A DNA stretch of 32,000 nucleotides from Patescibacteria group bacterium (GCA_041674405.1 JBAYVT010000005.1:90001-122000), one strand, 5' to 3'; numbered from the stretch's first letter, positions 1 to 8,505 are shown. The notes: generated by a model not told the origin, from the letters alone. Made by a program: numbers and translations.

Positions 1-1516
1 ACAAAATCTTCACACGGCTCGTAATCGGAGGATGCAAAGACAACGGCAATCTGATAATATCTCTCAAAATTCCATCAATTCTATATCTGACGCGCAGATC
101 CTTTTGTTCTGGTTCAATATGAATGTCAGATGCGCGCTCAAACAAAGCGAAATTTATTAAAGCAGCAACTATCTTGGGTGCCGAAGAATTCTTGATATTG
201 CTTTTTAGGCCCTCGACATCAACAATATCTCCTTTAAGATAGGCCCCGATGTTTTTTTCGCTTTCTTCCACGCTTTCATCAGTTTTTGGATTTTTTTCAA
301 GCTCTTCCGTTGCAATTTCGCTGATATCAGTCTTTGATTCGAGATCAGGATTATCACTTGGCTGCTCACCATTTTGCCCTGCAGTCTTATCTTCAACGCC
401 ATCGCCAGTTTTTGATTCAGTCTTTGTGGGTGATTTTATATCTTCCGGGGCAGTAATATTGCCAACCGCAGCTGTTTCTCCGCCTGGCTGAGCCCCAAAT
501 GGGGCAACGATTGTCTCTTTTTCATCCCCACTCTCTTCGCTGTCAATTCTAATTACTGGCGTTACCTGAGAAACGGGCTCCTTTTTTCCAAGAAAAGAGC
601 CAAACAAGCTCGAAAGTGTAATAATTTCATCACCAGATGATTGCTTTTTTTCAATAACTTTTTCTTTGGTTTTTTCTTCTTCCACCTCTACTTTGACAGA
701 ATTTTCTTTTTTATTCTCAAGCTTTTTCTTGTATGCCTCGATCGCATAGTCGATATCTTCGCGAGAAGTGGCAAAAATTTGAAAATTAATTTTGTTAGCA
801 TTCTCCAAAGATTTGATGGCCTTGTGCAAAGCAGTATCATCTGGGTTCTCTGCTGCCAGAGCGAATGAATTATCCGTTTTTTTGTAAAAAACAACTACCC
901 GATACTGCTCAATAAATGAAAGCGGAAGCTTGCCCAGATATTCCGACCTTATGTCCTGATTTCGCAAAAAGACCGTCGGATAACTTCCGGTAGACAATAA
1001 ATCCTCAAACTTTCCCTTTTGGTCGTATTGTTTTAACGCCTCCAAAAAATCTGATTTTGCGGTTATATATAAATCTAAATTCAAATGCCTATCTTCGATA
1101 ATTTTTTGAAGGCCCTTGTTGAAATTTAGAGACAATTCCGTGGGATTGGCAACAGCAAGCTGCAATGATCCCTCCTTAAGCCCAAATGGGATCACAGAAA
1201 ATTTTTCTGCAACTGATTTCGGTATAATACCAAAAACATCGTGTGGAATTTCAAAATTCTTTAGGCTGACATATGGGATTTTCAAAAGAATACTATACGC
1301 TTTGTTTATGGTGTCCGAACTGACAATACGATTTTTCAAAAGAAAATTTTCCACATCTCTATTGGTTCGGTATTTTTTCTTGAGTTTGGTTGCGTCAGGT
1401 GCGGTTAGTAATCCCTGCATTACAAACACATCCAAAACAGACTGGGTAATAGAATTATAATCCAATCCATTCAAAAAATAAGAGTTTTTTGAAACTGTTT
1501 GTGACATTGTATTCAT
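1..1516 (-). CDS. pilB: Type IV pilus / T2SS assembly ATPase, PilB/GspE family. N-terminal ~505 codons only; the 3' end runs off the left edge, so it is absent from the ORF track.
   Basis: My own translation from the ATG at 1516-1514 stays open down to position 2 (MNTMSQTVSKNSYFLNGL...). It shows two T2SSE_N/MshEN-like repeats (IPYVSLKNFEIPHDVFGIIPKSVAEKFSVIPFG..LAVANP and LPLSFIEQYRVVVF..ALAAENPDD). At the window edge is the GspE core motif APKIVAALINFALFERASDIHIEPEQKDLRVRYRIDGILRDI. The start lies 6 nt after the upstream stop. Confidence 0.85.
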   Translation of the reverse strand, partial: MNTMSQTVSKNSYFLNGLDYNSITQSVLDVFVMQGLLTAPDATKLKKKYRTNRDVENFLLKNRIVSSDTINKAYSILLKIPYVSLKNFEIPHDVFGIIPKSVAEKFSVIPFGLKEGSLQLAVANPTELSLNFNKGLQKIIEDRHLNLDLYITAKSDFLEALKQYDQKGKFEDLLSTGSYPTVFLRNQDIRSEYLGKLPLSFIEQYRVVVFYKKTDNSFALAAENPDDTALHKAIKSLENANKINFQIFATSREDIDYAIEAYKKKLENKKENSVKVEVEEEKTKEKVIEKKQSSGDEIITLSSLFGSFLGKKEPVSQVTPVIRIDSEESGDEKETIVAPFGAQPGGETAAVGNITAPEDIKSPTKTESKTGDGVEDKTAGQNGEQPSDNPDLESKTDISEIATEELEKNPKTDESVEESEKNIGAYLKGDIVDVEGLKSNIKNSSAPKIVAALINFALFERASDIHIEPEQKDLRVRYRIDGILRDIIRLPLSLHPPITSRVKIL

Positions 1517-1521
1517 TTCTC

Positions 1522-1776
1522 TTATTCCGGATTAGCAAATGGGTTTGCTTTGCCCATTTTTGTAGTTGGGTCAGGAAGCGGTATTCCGGCATTGTTCTCA
1601 CGACCCTGAACAAGCGTCTCAGCTTCATCCTTAACCCCGGAGATGTCAAGAGTAATATAAGATGCCGTATTTTGTACCGAGATGCTTGAATTATTTTTCC
1701 AGATCATGTAAAAACCAACGATAGCGATCGTGAGAAATATTAGGCTTAAAATTAAATTGAATGTTCTTTTCTTCAT
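1522..1776 (-). CDS. Small single-pass membrane protein in the pilus cluster (function unknown; PilP-like by position only).
   Basis: 84-aa ORF with an N-terminal TM segment (FNLILSLIFLTIAIVGFYMIW). It has a 4-nt ATGA overlap with the upstream pilO-like gene and lies directly upstream of pilB. Confidence 0.5.
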   Translation of the reverse strand: MKKRTFNLILSLIFLTIAIVGFYMIWKNNSSISVQNTASYITLDISGVKDEAETLVQGRENNAGIPLPDPTTKMGKANPFANPE

Positions 1777-2345
1777 TGTGTCTCCCCCGCACTAACACTT
1801 CCTCTGGTATAAACCTCCAGGGTATAAGATGCCGATATGATATTTTCTTCCGGAGAAGTCATTGATAGCGCCTTTATGCGCATAAATTTAATGCTTTTTT
1901 CGATCGTGTCGGTAAATGCGCTTATGTTTTCAAAAGAACCGGAAACTGAAAAACTTACATTCAATAGATTTCCTGCTGTTACAGTTTCCGCCCCCTCGCC
2001 CTCTGTGGTGGAGATTGCAGGAGCAATGTCTATGGATGGAACAGCCAATGAATTTTTTGTAGCCATTGCCTCAATTTCAGAAATTAAATTCGGCTCATCA
2101 TTGTCGGATGGAACCGCGATCAAAAGCTCATTAATGGTATCCGATATAGAAGATAAGCTGCTCTTTGCCTCTTCGATCGAAGCAATTTCATTTTTTGCAT
2201 CCGAGACTTCTGCCGATAATTTCTCTGCTTCAGCCTTGTTGTTAGAATACGATGGAAGAATAATCTTCCACGATATCAAGAAAACAATAATTGTAAGAAT
2301 TACTGCGATTGAATTTGAAGCCATTTTGCTGTTTGTTTGTTTCAT
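1773..2345 (-). CDS. pilO: PilO-like type IV pilus assembly protein.
   Basis: N-terminal TM (IAVILTIIVFLISW), then a coiled-coil segment (AEAEKLSAEVSDAKNEIASIEEAK), then a C-terminal alpha/beta domain with the PilN/PilO-type pattern (LLNVSFSVSGSFENISAFTDTIEKSIKFMRIKALSM). Sits in an operon with pilB. Confidence 0.6.
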   Translation of the reverse strand: MKQTNSKMASNSIAVILTIIVFLISWKIILPSYSNNKAEAEKLSAEVSDAKNEIASIEEAKSSLSSISDTINELLIAVPSDNDEPNLISEIEAMATKNSLAVPSIDIAPAISTTEGEGAETVTAGNLLNVSFSVSGSFENISAFTDTIEKSIKFMRIKALSMTSPEENIISASYTLEVYTRGSVSAGETQ

Positions 2346-2358
2346 GATAAATCCAATT

Positions 2359-3126
2359 TTATGGCGCTACTTCCGGAGTTATGTTTTCTGTGTTCACACT
2401 ATCTCCGTAACCATAGGTTGAGCTGCTATCAGTCCCGGAACTATCCGTTGTGACACTGCTTGATGTTGAAGCAGGTGTTGATTCGCTGGTTTCAGTTTCA
2501 GCATTTGATGACGTAGTAGTAGAAGAAGATGTGCTGCTCTCGGTTGTGACTTCCTTTGTCGTATCTAGCTTGAAGGAAACAGAAAATGTTACTTTTTCGT
2601 TTGGCGGCGCATCCTCTGCCGTCGACATGGAAACGCTCTTTAGCTGAAGATCAGAAACTTTGTCGTATGATTTAAGCGCAAGCATAAAATCTGCAACGGT
2701 GCGATATGATGCGGTAGCGCCATCTAGGCTAGCTGTTCCATCGGAAGTGAGAGCGATCGTTGAAATATGAACATCCTTCGTAAAATGCAAATACAAGTTA
2801 TCTAGAACCTTTTTCTTGCTTTCCTGCTGAGTGGAAACTTGAGATAGGATTGAAATTACATTTTTAAGTCCAGTAACGTCATTGATAACTTTTTGATTTT
2901 CCACTAAAGCTAGGGTTGCATCCGCGGATTTTTTTTCGCTTTGCTTTTCGGAAATTGTAGTCTTAAGCGATGCGTCCGAAAACCAGATAAAACCCAAAAA
3001 TAAAACCGCTACAACAAAAGATAACCAGACAATCAGAGACGAAAAATCCGTTTCTTTTCTGTCGGCAAATTCGACTATTTCTTTACCACTTTGGTTATCG
3101 TGTACACCCGGTTTTTCTTCCGGCAT
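2359..3126 (-). CDS. PilN/PilO-like bitopic pilus assembly protein with a Ser/Thr-rich C-terminal tail.
   Basis: TM (LIVWLSFVVAVLFLGFIWF), a coiled region, and a PilN-like domain (ISTIALTSDGTASLDGATASYRTVADFMLAL..VTFSVSFKL). The last ~70 aa are about half Ser/Thr. SD GGAGGGGAG lies before the ATG. Confidence 0.5.
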   Translation of the reverse strand: MPEEKPGVHDNQSGKEIVEFADRKETDFSSLIVWLSFVVAVLFLGFIWFSDASLKTTISEKQSEKKSADATLALVENQKVINDVTGLKNVISILSQVSTQQESKKKVLDNLYLHFTKDVHISTIALTSDGTASLDGATASYRTVADFMLALKSYDKVSDLQLKSVSMSTAEDAPPNEKVTFSVSFKLDTTKEVTTESSTSSSTTTSSNAETETSESTPASTSSSVTTDSSGTDSSSTYGYGDSVNTENITPEVAP

Positions 3127-3229
3127 CTCCCCTCCGAGGGCAATGTTATATCATCAAAGATAATTGTAACACAACTTTCTGTCTATACAAATTTTATATC
3201 ACATAAAATCTCAATGCAATACCTAAAAG

Positions 3230-4366
3230 TTATCTTTCGGACGCAACCGGCATATTGAAATACCTGAATCCGGGCGGCCAATTGCCCGAAAGATTATAAT
3301 CATATGCAAATCTGATATTTACAATATTAATACCTCGGCCTGATGAATCCAAAACAATAAAGTCTCTCGCAACATACGAACCGTTCATCGTTACATTTTG
3401 AGTAAAACCAGTGGTGTTTTGAATTCTGATAGCTCCCAGGGCAAACATCGCAGCCGTTATTTTGCTGTTGCTATAAAGGCGAACATTTCCAGTGCCATTA
3501 ACAATGATTCCGAGCGAATTTGACGGATTCTGAGAATCCTCAGGACTAATATTCACTCCATCTTGGATAGTCAAAGTGCCATTAATAATGATTGTTCCAC
3601 GCCCGCTATATGTAATCGATTGACCAAGGTTAACATTGCCGTTTACAACCCATATTTTCCCTTCGGGATATTTTTCAGTGTTATTTCCGCCTACTCCCCC
3701 GGTGTAAAAAGAGCTGTAATCATCCGCCTGCAGATGCCAACGCAGACCCCCGGCCAAATCTGCCGGAGCATTTATCACTTCTGCTTCTCCCGCAAGATCA
3801 TTTATCCGATTTGTATATGAAGATCTCTGGCTTTCAGCATAGGATGCTTGCGCCTCAGAATTTAGCGTGTAATTTCGGATATTCCAACTGGCGTTTCTGT
3901 TTGAGTTTAAATTCAAATTTTTACCATACACTTGAAAATTATTCAGAACATCTGCACTACTATAGATATCTCCCTGGACAGATAACACTGGATAAAAAAG
4001 CGTCGAAATTTCAAGCCCCGTTGAACCTCCAATTTTTGTGCGACTAACCATATTCCGAATCGATGAATTTGCAGGATCAAGGCGATAGCAATATGGGTTG
4101 GTCGTGATTTTATCCCAACAATATGCCGCGCCCGGAGAGACTAACATCGATTGATTAAACCCGAGTAGATAATTCTGGTCAAAATTAATTACTGCTTCGT
4201 TGCCGTTCATTCCGGAATAATAAACTTGGCCACTATCTTTTGTGACTGTTAAATTTCCAACCAAAACTTGCGGAAGCTGATATGATTCAGCAAAAGCATT
4301 TGCCGGTATAAGCGCAAATACCACTAATAACGATAGAAACAAATATATTCTAACTAATCTGGTCAT
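3230..4366 (-). CDS. Secreted protein with beta-helix-like C-terminal repeats (function unknown).
   Basis: Likely start is the internal MTRLVRIYLFLSLLVVFALIPANAFA/ES, a signal peptide with an AFA cleavage motif. The C-terminal half has regular G-x-I/V-x-I/V-N-G turns (GKIWVVNGNVNLG..GTIIINGTLTIQDG..LGIIVNGTGNVRLY). Confidence 0.6.
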   Translation of the reverse strand: MTRLVRIYLFLSLLVVFALIPANAFAESYQLPQVLVGNLTVTKDSGQVYYSGMNGNEAVINFDQNYLLGFNQSMLVSPGAAYCWDKITTNPYCYRLDPANSSIRNMVSRTKIGGSTGLEISTLFYPVLSVQGDIYSSADVLNNFQVYGKNLNLNSNRNASWNIRNYTLNSEAQASYAESQRSSYTNRINDLAGEAEVINAPADLAGGLRWHLQADDYSSFYTGGVGGNNTEKYPEGKIWVVNGNVNLGQSITYSGRGTIIINGTLTIQDGVNISPEDSQNPSNSLGIIVNGTGNVRLYSNSKITAAMFALGAIRIQNTTGFTQNVTMNGSYVARDFIVLDSSGRGINIVNIRFAYDYNLSGNWPPGFRYFNMPVASER

Positions 4367-4380
4367 GATCGCTCTGTTAA

Positions 4381-6933
4381 TTAGTATGTTCGAACCTGGC
4401 AATAATATGTGATTGGGGAAGTAAGTGGGTTCTGGCCATTATTCGCCCATTCTACAAAATCTCCAGAATTTGGGTCGGCGCTTGCAACAAATGTTCCGCC
4501 ATTTAAATAAGCATCAAACCCAAGGCTACTGCTCCCTGTTATATCCGACGGCTCGCATCTGTATCGGTAGGTATCACTTGGAATTCGCAAAAGTTCATCA
4601 TCTACCGTTGCAACGCCCGTCATATCGCCAATTTCAATGGACACTTGAATTACATCCCCTAGCTGCAGCGCATAGGGATTAAAAGCAGCCCCAGACCCCT
4701 GCCTATTTATCGGAACCAGTTTTTTGCGAATATTAAATTGCGGCCCACCTGTTACAACTATTAATCTGCCATCTTGCCCATCATAAACTTTATCCCCATC
4801 GCTATTATTGATTGACCAAGCCCCATTCTTGCTGCCCCTGGCTCCACTCACTCTCGAAGCTGTTCTAATAGCACTTGAATCAAGATTGGAGTTTGTATAT
4901 TGAATAAATATGTAACCCCCGCCTCCCCCAGACGATCCATCAATGTTATACAAAGGCACAGAAATCAAATTACGGTTGCCAGTGATTGGAATCTCTTGGG
5001 CAGATGCTGAAAATACTCCGGACAAACCAACGCCCACATTCAAAGTTGAGACCCTAATATTAATACTTCCCCCAGCTCCTCCGGCATAACCAGAGTCATT
5101 GTCATAAGGCTGCTGCATAGAACTGGTCCATCTTCCCTCAGCAAAAATTGCTCTTGAAGATTGAATGGCTAAAACTGATGAATTTATTTCTAATAAACCA
5201 CCACCGTCACCACCACCATTCCAGCTTCCAGTATATCCGCCCCCAGAACCAAGACTACTTGGATTATCAGCTGGTCCCCCGTATGTGTTATTTGGCCAAT
5301 CTGGCGGTTTGCGCCACGTATTACCTCCACAATTTAACCCACTATCACCGGCCCCACCTTCTCCTGCATGCGACCCAGCACTAGCAATTGCGGTACACCC
5401 ACCATTCATTGAAATACCTCCGCCTGGCGCTCCATCAAACGAAACGCTACCTCCCCTAAGGCGAGTTGAACCATAATTCGGTTGAGTCCCAACACCCCAA
5501 GCACCCGCATACCCAGATCCGGTTGCATCAATTTTTCCACCGCTTCGTATTAAAATTGTGTTGGCCACATTGAGATGTAGGCCCGCTGGATTGTTATTAT
5601 AATTATCCGCATATGCTTGATCCAACGCATTCCAATTAATAGTTCCCCCATCATAATGCGAGCCTAAAATATTGTAGCTTGGAATCGCGCCACCTTTGTC
5701 ATCCCAAGTACCAAGTGGATCGGCTACTGGGGTAGAGTTTTGCCCCCATCCTTGCCACTCAAATTTGAAGGTATCATCGTTGTGGTATGCATCCCATTTG
5801 CCATAAGACTCGCCGGTTCCTCCATTGGAACCAACAGGACTATCGAGCATTCTTAAATCTTGCCTTAAATTCATGTTACGCTTGTGTCCAGCCAGAACCG
5901 CATTAGAAAAGCCAGATCCCATATTAAGGTCATATTGTGGAATAGTCTTTTCGGTATAGGCAGAAATATAATAGTCGAAATCCATTCTTCTCACCAAAGA
6001 TGTATTTACAGTTCCATCTTCATTGGAGCCATAGAAATTACTCAGAGGCATAGCTACAGCAGCCACAGCAACGCCATATGGGGACGAGGGATTGAGCTCG
6101 ATATAATTCAACCAGAGTTGTGATGATCCACTGACTTCACCAAAATAAATTTTAACCGGCACATAAGTAGTGGACCCAGTTCCGGTCATTAAGGTTCTTG
6201 TGCACGCATCAAGGCCATAGTATCGATTCGCTGGTGATCCATTGCCAGCATTATCGCCATATATTGGCCAACTAGCCGATAATGAGTCACTATAAATAGT
6301 ATGCCAGTAAGTAGTATCAACTGTTGTAGCGGGTGCGCTACACGAAGCGTCGGTTCCGACTTCGATTGCCATCGCATCATCAAGTTTTCCTCCGGCCGCT
6401 TGAGGAAATATAAGATTTGTACCTGTTAATTTTATGAAACCTGTCCAAACCACTCCCCAATAATCAGATGAATATGTGGGGCGATTCAAATGCCCCGTTC
6501 TATCTGCATATGCTTGGGTTAATGTACCATTATTTGTAACTGTCAAGTTATTTAAATTTACCGATCCCTCTGCCATCAATGTTGCGAGTCCAGATGTACT
6601 GCCTACCGTAAGGTTTGTGTTTGAATCCACTGCAAAACCGGTATCAACATTGTAGAATGTGCTTAAAAATCGCTGGTCGAGCTGAGCATCATTCATTGCC
6701 GGCAAAAAAGGAGATTGGTATGTATAAATATGTCCGTCAGTTTTCAATAGGTACGAACCAGTTTGAATTGTAACGTCATTACCGGTTTGCACTATCGCTG
6801 CCCGCGTCTTGCTCGCGCCGTTCATCATATTGGTCACAATGGCAAGCCCAGAAAATATCACAAGCAAAATAAGCGCCACATACGTGAAAATTCGCCTGCG
6901 ATTTATACGATCAATTATCGAGATCTCTCTCAT
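4381..6933 (-). CDS. Large (~850 aa) N-terminally anchored glycine-rich surface protein with a PA14-like module. Candidate adhesin.
   Basis: The track start at 6945 is TTG; the ATG at 6933 follows GAGGGG. N-terminal TM is IFTYVALILLVIFSGLAIV. A PA14-like pattern spans about 6094-6474 (DYWGVVWTGFIKLTGTNLIF..KLDDAMAIEV..YVPVKIYFGEVSGSSQLWLNY). Gly-rich repeats span about 4741-5583 (GSGYAGAWG, GAPGGGISMNGG, GSGGGYTGSWNGGGDGGG, GYAGGAGGSINI, GSSGGGGGYIFI). There is no pilin G/FTLxE motif. Confidence 0.65.
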   Translation of the reverse strand: MREISIIDRINRRRIFTYVALILLVIFSGLAIVTNMMNGASKTRAAIVQTGNDVTIQTGSYLLKTDGHIYTYQSPFLPAMNDAQLDQRFLSTFYNVDTGFAVDSNTNLTVGSTSGLATLMAEGSVNLNNLTVTNNGTLTQAYADRTGHLNRPTYSSDYWGVVWTGFIKLTGTNLIFPQAAGGKLDDAMAIEVGTDASCSAPATTVDTTYWHTIYSDSLSASWPIYGDNAGNGSPANRYYGLDACTRTLMTGTGSTTYVPVKIYFGEVSGSSQLWLNYIELNPSSPYGVAVAAVAMPLSNFYGSNEDGTVNTSLVRRMDFDYYISAYTEKTIPQYDLNMGSGFSNAVLAGHKRNMNLRQDLRMLDSPVGSNGGTGESYGKWDAYHNDDTFKFEWQGWGQNSTPVADPLGTWDDKGGAIPSYNILGSHYDGGTINWNALDQAYADNYNNNPAGLHLNVANTILIRSGGKIDATGSGYAGAWGVGTQPNYGSTRLRGGSVSFDGAPGGGISMNGGCTAIASAGSHAGEGGAGDSGLNCGGNTWRKPPDWPNNTYGGPADNPSSLGSGGGYTGSWNGGGDGGGLLEINSSVLAIQSSRAIFAEGRWTSSMQQPYDNDSGYAGGAGGSINIRVSTLNVGVGLSGVFSASAQEIPITGNRNLISVPLYNIDGSSGGGGGYIFIQYTNSNLDSSAIRTASRVSGARGSKNGAWSINNSDGDKVYDGQDGRLIVVTGGPQFNIRKKLVPINRQGSGAAFNPYALQLGDVIQVSIEIGDMTGVATVDDELLRIPSDTYRYRCEPSDITGSSSLGFDAYLNGGTFVASADPNSGDFVEWANNGQNPLTSPITYYCQVRTY

Positions 6934-7000
6934 ATCCCCTCGCAATAAATATATCTTATGAAATTTTGATTACAACGATATTATAAACACTACGGAAAAA

Positions 7001-7681
7001 CTATACAACTCTTTTTAATTTCTTCTTTGCCTGTTCTATTTGAATTATTGCCTTGACGATGTCCTCATACATTTTATATCGGCTTTTTATCCCGGCCCAG
7101 ATATCATCATTCTTTTCTTCCTTAATTACCTGGGTTAAACCGTGCAAAACCACAATCTCACGCCGCTCCTTTGGAACAGCCGCCGTAATCAATGCATCAA
7201 CGCCGAATCTGGAATGTTTAATTTTTGCAAGTGGAGGCAAATTCTTCCGCCAAATCACACGTTGGCCGGAGATTGCAGGAAATGCCCTATTGGCGATTTT
7301 TGTGGTTGTAAGCTTATCAATATTGAATACACCAAGCGAAAGATCAGCCGTTTTCATAAATGCCACCGGTCCCAAAAGCTCCAAAATATGCCCCTCTGTT
7401 AAACCAATCAAGTCGGCATCCAAAAACAACAAAAGCGGATGGTGCGAATGTTTAATGCCATTATATAAAGCCATTCCCTTGCCGCCATTTTGTTTGTTTT
7501 TAAGAAGGCGTACATTTGAATATTTTTTAACAATTTCGCATGTTTTATCCTTTGAGCAATCATCCACAACAATTTTTTCATCAATAAAATCAAGCGGAGC
7601 GACTACGTCGAGAACTTTGCGAATATTTTTTGCTTCGTTGTATGCACAGATAATCAGTGAAATTTTTTGTTCAAATTTCAT
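7001..7681 (-). CDS. Family 2 glycosyltransferase.
   Basis: GT2 motifs: SLIICAYNEAKNI, VDDCSKDKT, and the DxD in LLFLDADL. 226 aa. Confidence 0.8.
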   Translation of the reverse strand: MKFEQKISLIICAYNEAKNIRKVLDVVAPLDFIDEKIVVDDCSKDKTCEIVKKYSNVRLLKNKQNGGKGMALYNGIKHSHHPLLLFLDADLIGLTEGHILELLGPVAFMKTADLSLGVFNIDKLTTTKIANRAFPAISGQRVIWRKNLPPLAKIKHSRFGVDALITAAVPKERREIVVLHGLTQVIKEEKNDDIWAGIKSRYKMYEDIVKAIIQIEQAKKKLKRVV

Positions 7682-7690
7682 CGCAGACTA

Positions 7691-7699
7691 ATTATACCA
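7691..7699 (-). promoter_or_regulatory. Extended -10 element TGGTATAAT, 9 nt upstream of the GT2 ATG.
   Basis: The reverse complement of attatacca is TGGTATAAT. Only tagtctgcg separates it from the ATG at 7681, and no SD is present. Confidence 0.4.
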
Positions 7700-7739
7700 A
7701 ACTATAAAATAAAAATCAGTTTTTGTCGTATAAACGCAG

Positions 7740-7794
7740 CAACTCCCACAGACTGGCTGCGGGAGTTGGAGATCTGCCGTTCCCCGGAGGGAAC
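7740..7794 (-). terminator. Two GC-rich hairpins after the island-1 lipoprotein stop codon.
   Basis: On the minus strand: GTTCCC-TCCG-GGGAAC (7779-7794), directly after the TAA at 7796-7798. Next comes CAACTCCCGCAG-CCAGT-CTGTGGGAGTTG (7740-7768, one mismatch), followed by a weak U-tract. Confidence 0.55.
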
Positions 7795-7795
7795 A

Positions 7796-8317
7796 TTACG
7801 GCGCGTAGCTGGGGGGAGTGAGATGGCCAGCAATGGTCGTCCCGTTGTTCGTAGTGACGATGTCACCCTCCGCGGCGAAGTTGGCGGCGAGGCACGCCGC
7901 CGCGCCGTCTACCGAGATGTGGTTGCCGTCCATGGCGACCACCTCCATCCACCAGGAGCCCTCCTCGTACTGCATCAGAAGATAGGGCTGGGTGCCCTGG
8001 CCCAGGTCCAGACTCCGAAGAGCCAGAGACAGGATCTCCTGGCTAGGCCGGATAGGGACCGACCCGACCTCGACATCGGCAGTGTTGTAGACCTTGATCT
8101 GGCCGTTGCCGGTCCCGTCGCGGGACATGGTCAAGTACGTGATGCCATCGCCGCTGTCGAGGCGAGCGATGTTGCCCAAGCCGTCTGTGGCCCACTTCAC
8201 ACCCGCCGTCGGGAAGGCCGGGTCCACGCTTCCGCCTCCGCCACCACCACAACCAGTCGAGATGAGGATCGCCACCAACATGGCGACCAGTCCGACCAAC
8301 AACATCCATTTGCGCAT
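7796..8317 (-). CDS. GC-rich putative lipoprotein (island 1), function unknown.
   Basis: Start chosen at MRKWMLLVGLVAMLVAILISTGC, 5 nt after the SD AGGTGA. The Cys is followed by a GGGGGGS linker. Most codons end in G/C. The lipobox is imperfect (S at -3). Confidence 0.7.
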   Translation of the reverse strand: MRKWMLLVGLVAMLVAILISTGCGGGGGGSVDPAFPTAGVKWATDGLGNIARLDSGDGITYLTMSRDGTGNGQIKVYNTADVEVGSVPIRPSQEILSLALRSLDLGQGTQPYLLMQYEEGSWWMEVVAMDGNHISVDGAAACLAANFAAEGDIVTTNNGTTIAGHLTPPSYAP

Positions 8318-8378
8318 GTTCATCACCTGTTCCAGGAGTTCGTACACCATGTGGCGGCATACGTATTACAGCGCCATC

Positions 8379-8407
8379 AAACTAGCATATATTCAGCAAT
8401 TTGTCAA
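8379..8407 (-). promoter_or_regulatory. Sigma70-like promoter for the island-1 lipoprotein gene.
   Basis: Minus strand reads TTGACA (8402-8407), a 17-nt spacer, then TAGTTT (8379-8384), set in AT-rich DNA. Confidence 0.45.
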
Positions 8408-8471
8408 TAATAGATAATTATTTTCTGCCGTTATGCTACCGGCCACAAAAAATTCTTCAGCCAAGCCAATC

Positions 8472-8505
8472 AAAAAATTTCCAACCATCTGGCTGGAAAT
8501 TTTTT
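8472..8505. terminator. 12-bp AT-rich hairpin with A- and T-tracts on both sides (bidirectional terminator-like).
   Basis: AAAAAATTTCCA-accatctggc-TGGAAATTTTTT. Confidence 0.4.

Noticed and set aside
205-1649. Several 60-114 aa track ORFs (205-402 -, 249-491 +, 641-868 +, 688-894 -, 1116-1460 +, 1455-1649 -, 1489-1689 +).
   Set aside because: All lie within, or antisense to, the continuous pilB reading frame (1516 down to 2) or overlap the small pilus-cluster gene. Their sequences are low-complexity.
1837-2421. 194-aa plus-strand ORF. Similarly 7053-7691 + (212 aa) and 13382-13693 +.
   Set aside because: They are antisense to the motif-supported genes pilO-like, GT2 and TPR, and contain no recognisable motifs.
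5148-5476. Pro-rich 103-aa and His-rich 78-aa plus-strand ORFs.
   Set aside because: They are antisense images of the Gly-rich (GGN) repeats of the 850-aa protein, where GGN reads as NCC = Pro.
7667-8417. Long ORFs in other frames of island 1 (7667-8410 +, 247 aa; 8043-8360 -, 105 aa; 8094-8417 +, 107 aa).
   Set aside because: High-GC DNA yields long stop-free frames by chance. Only the 7796-8317 minus frame has G/C-dominated third positions, an SD, a signal peptide and a terminator. The others are Arg/Pro/Gly-rich nonsense.
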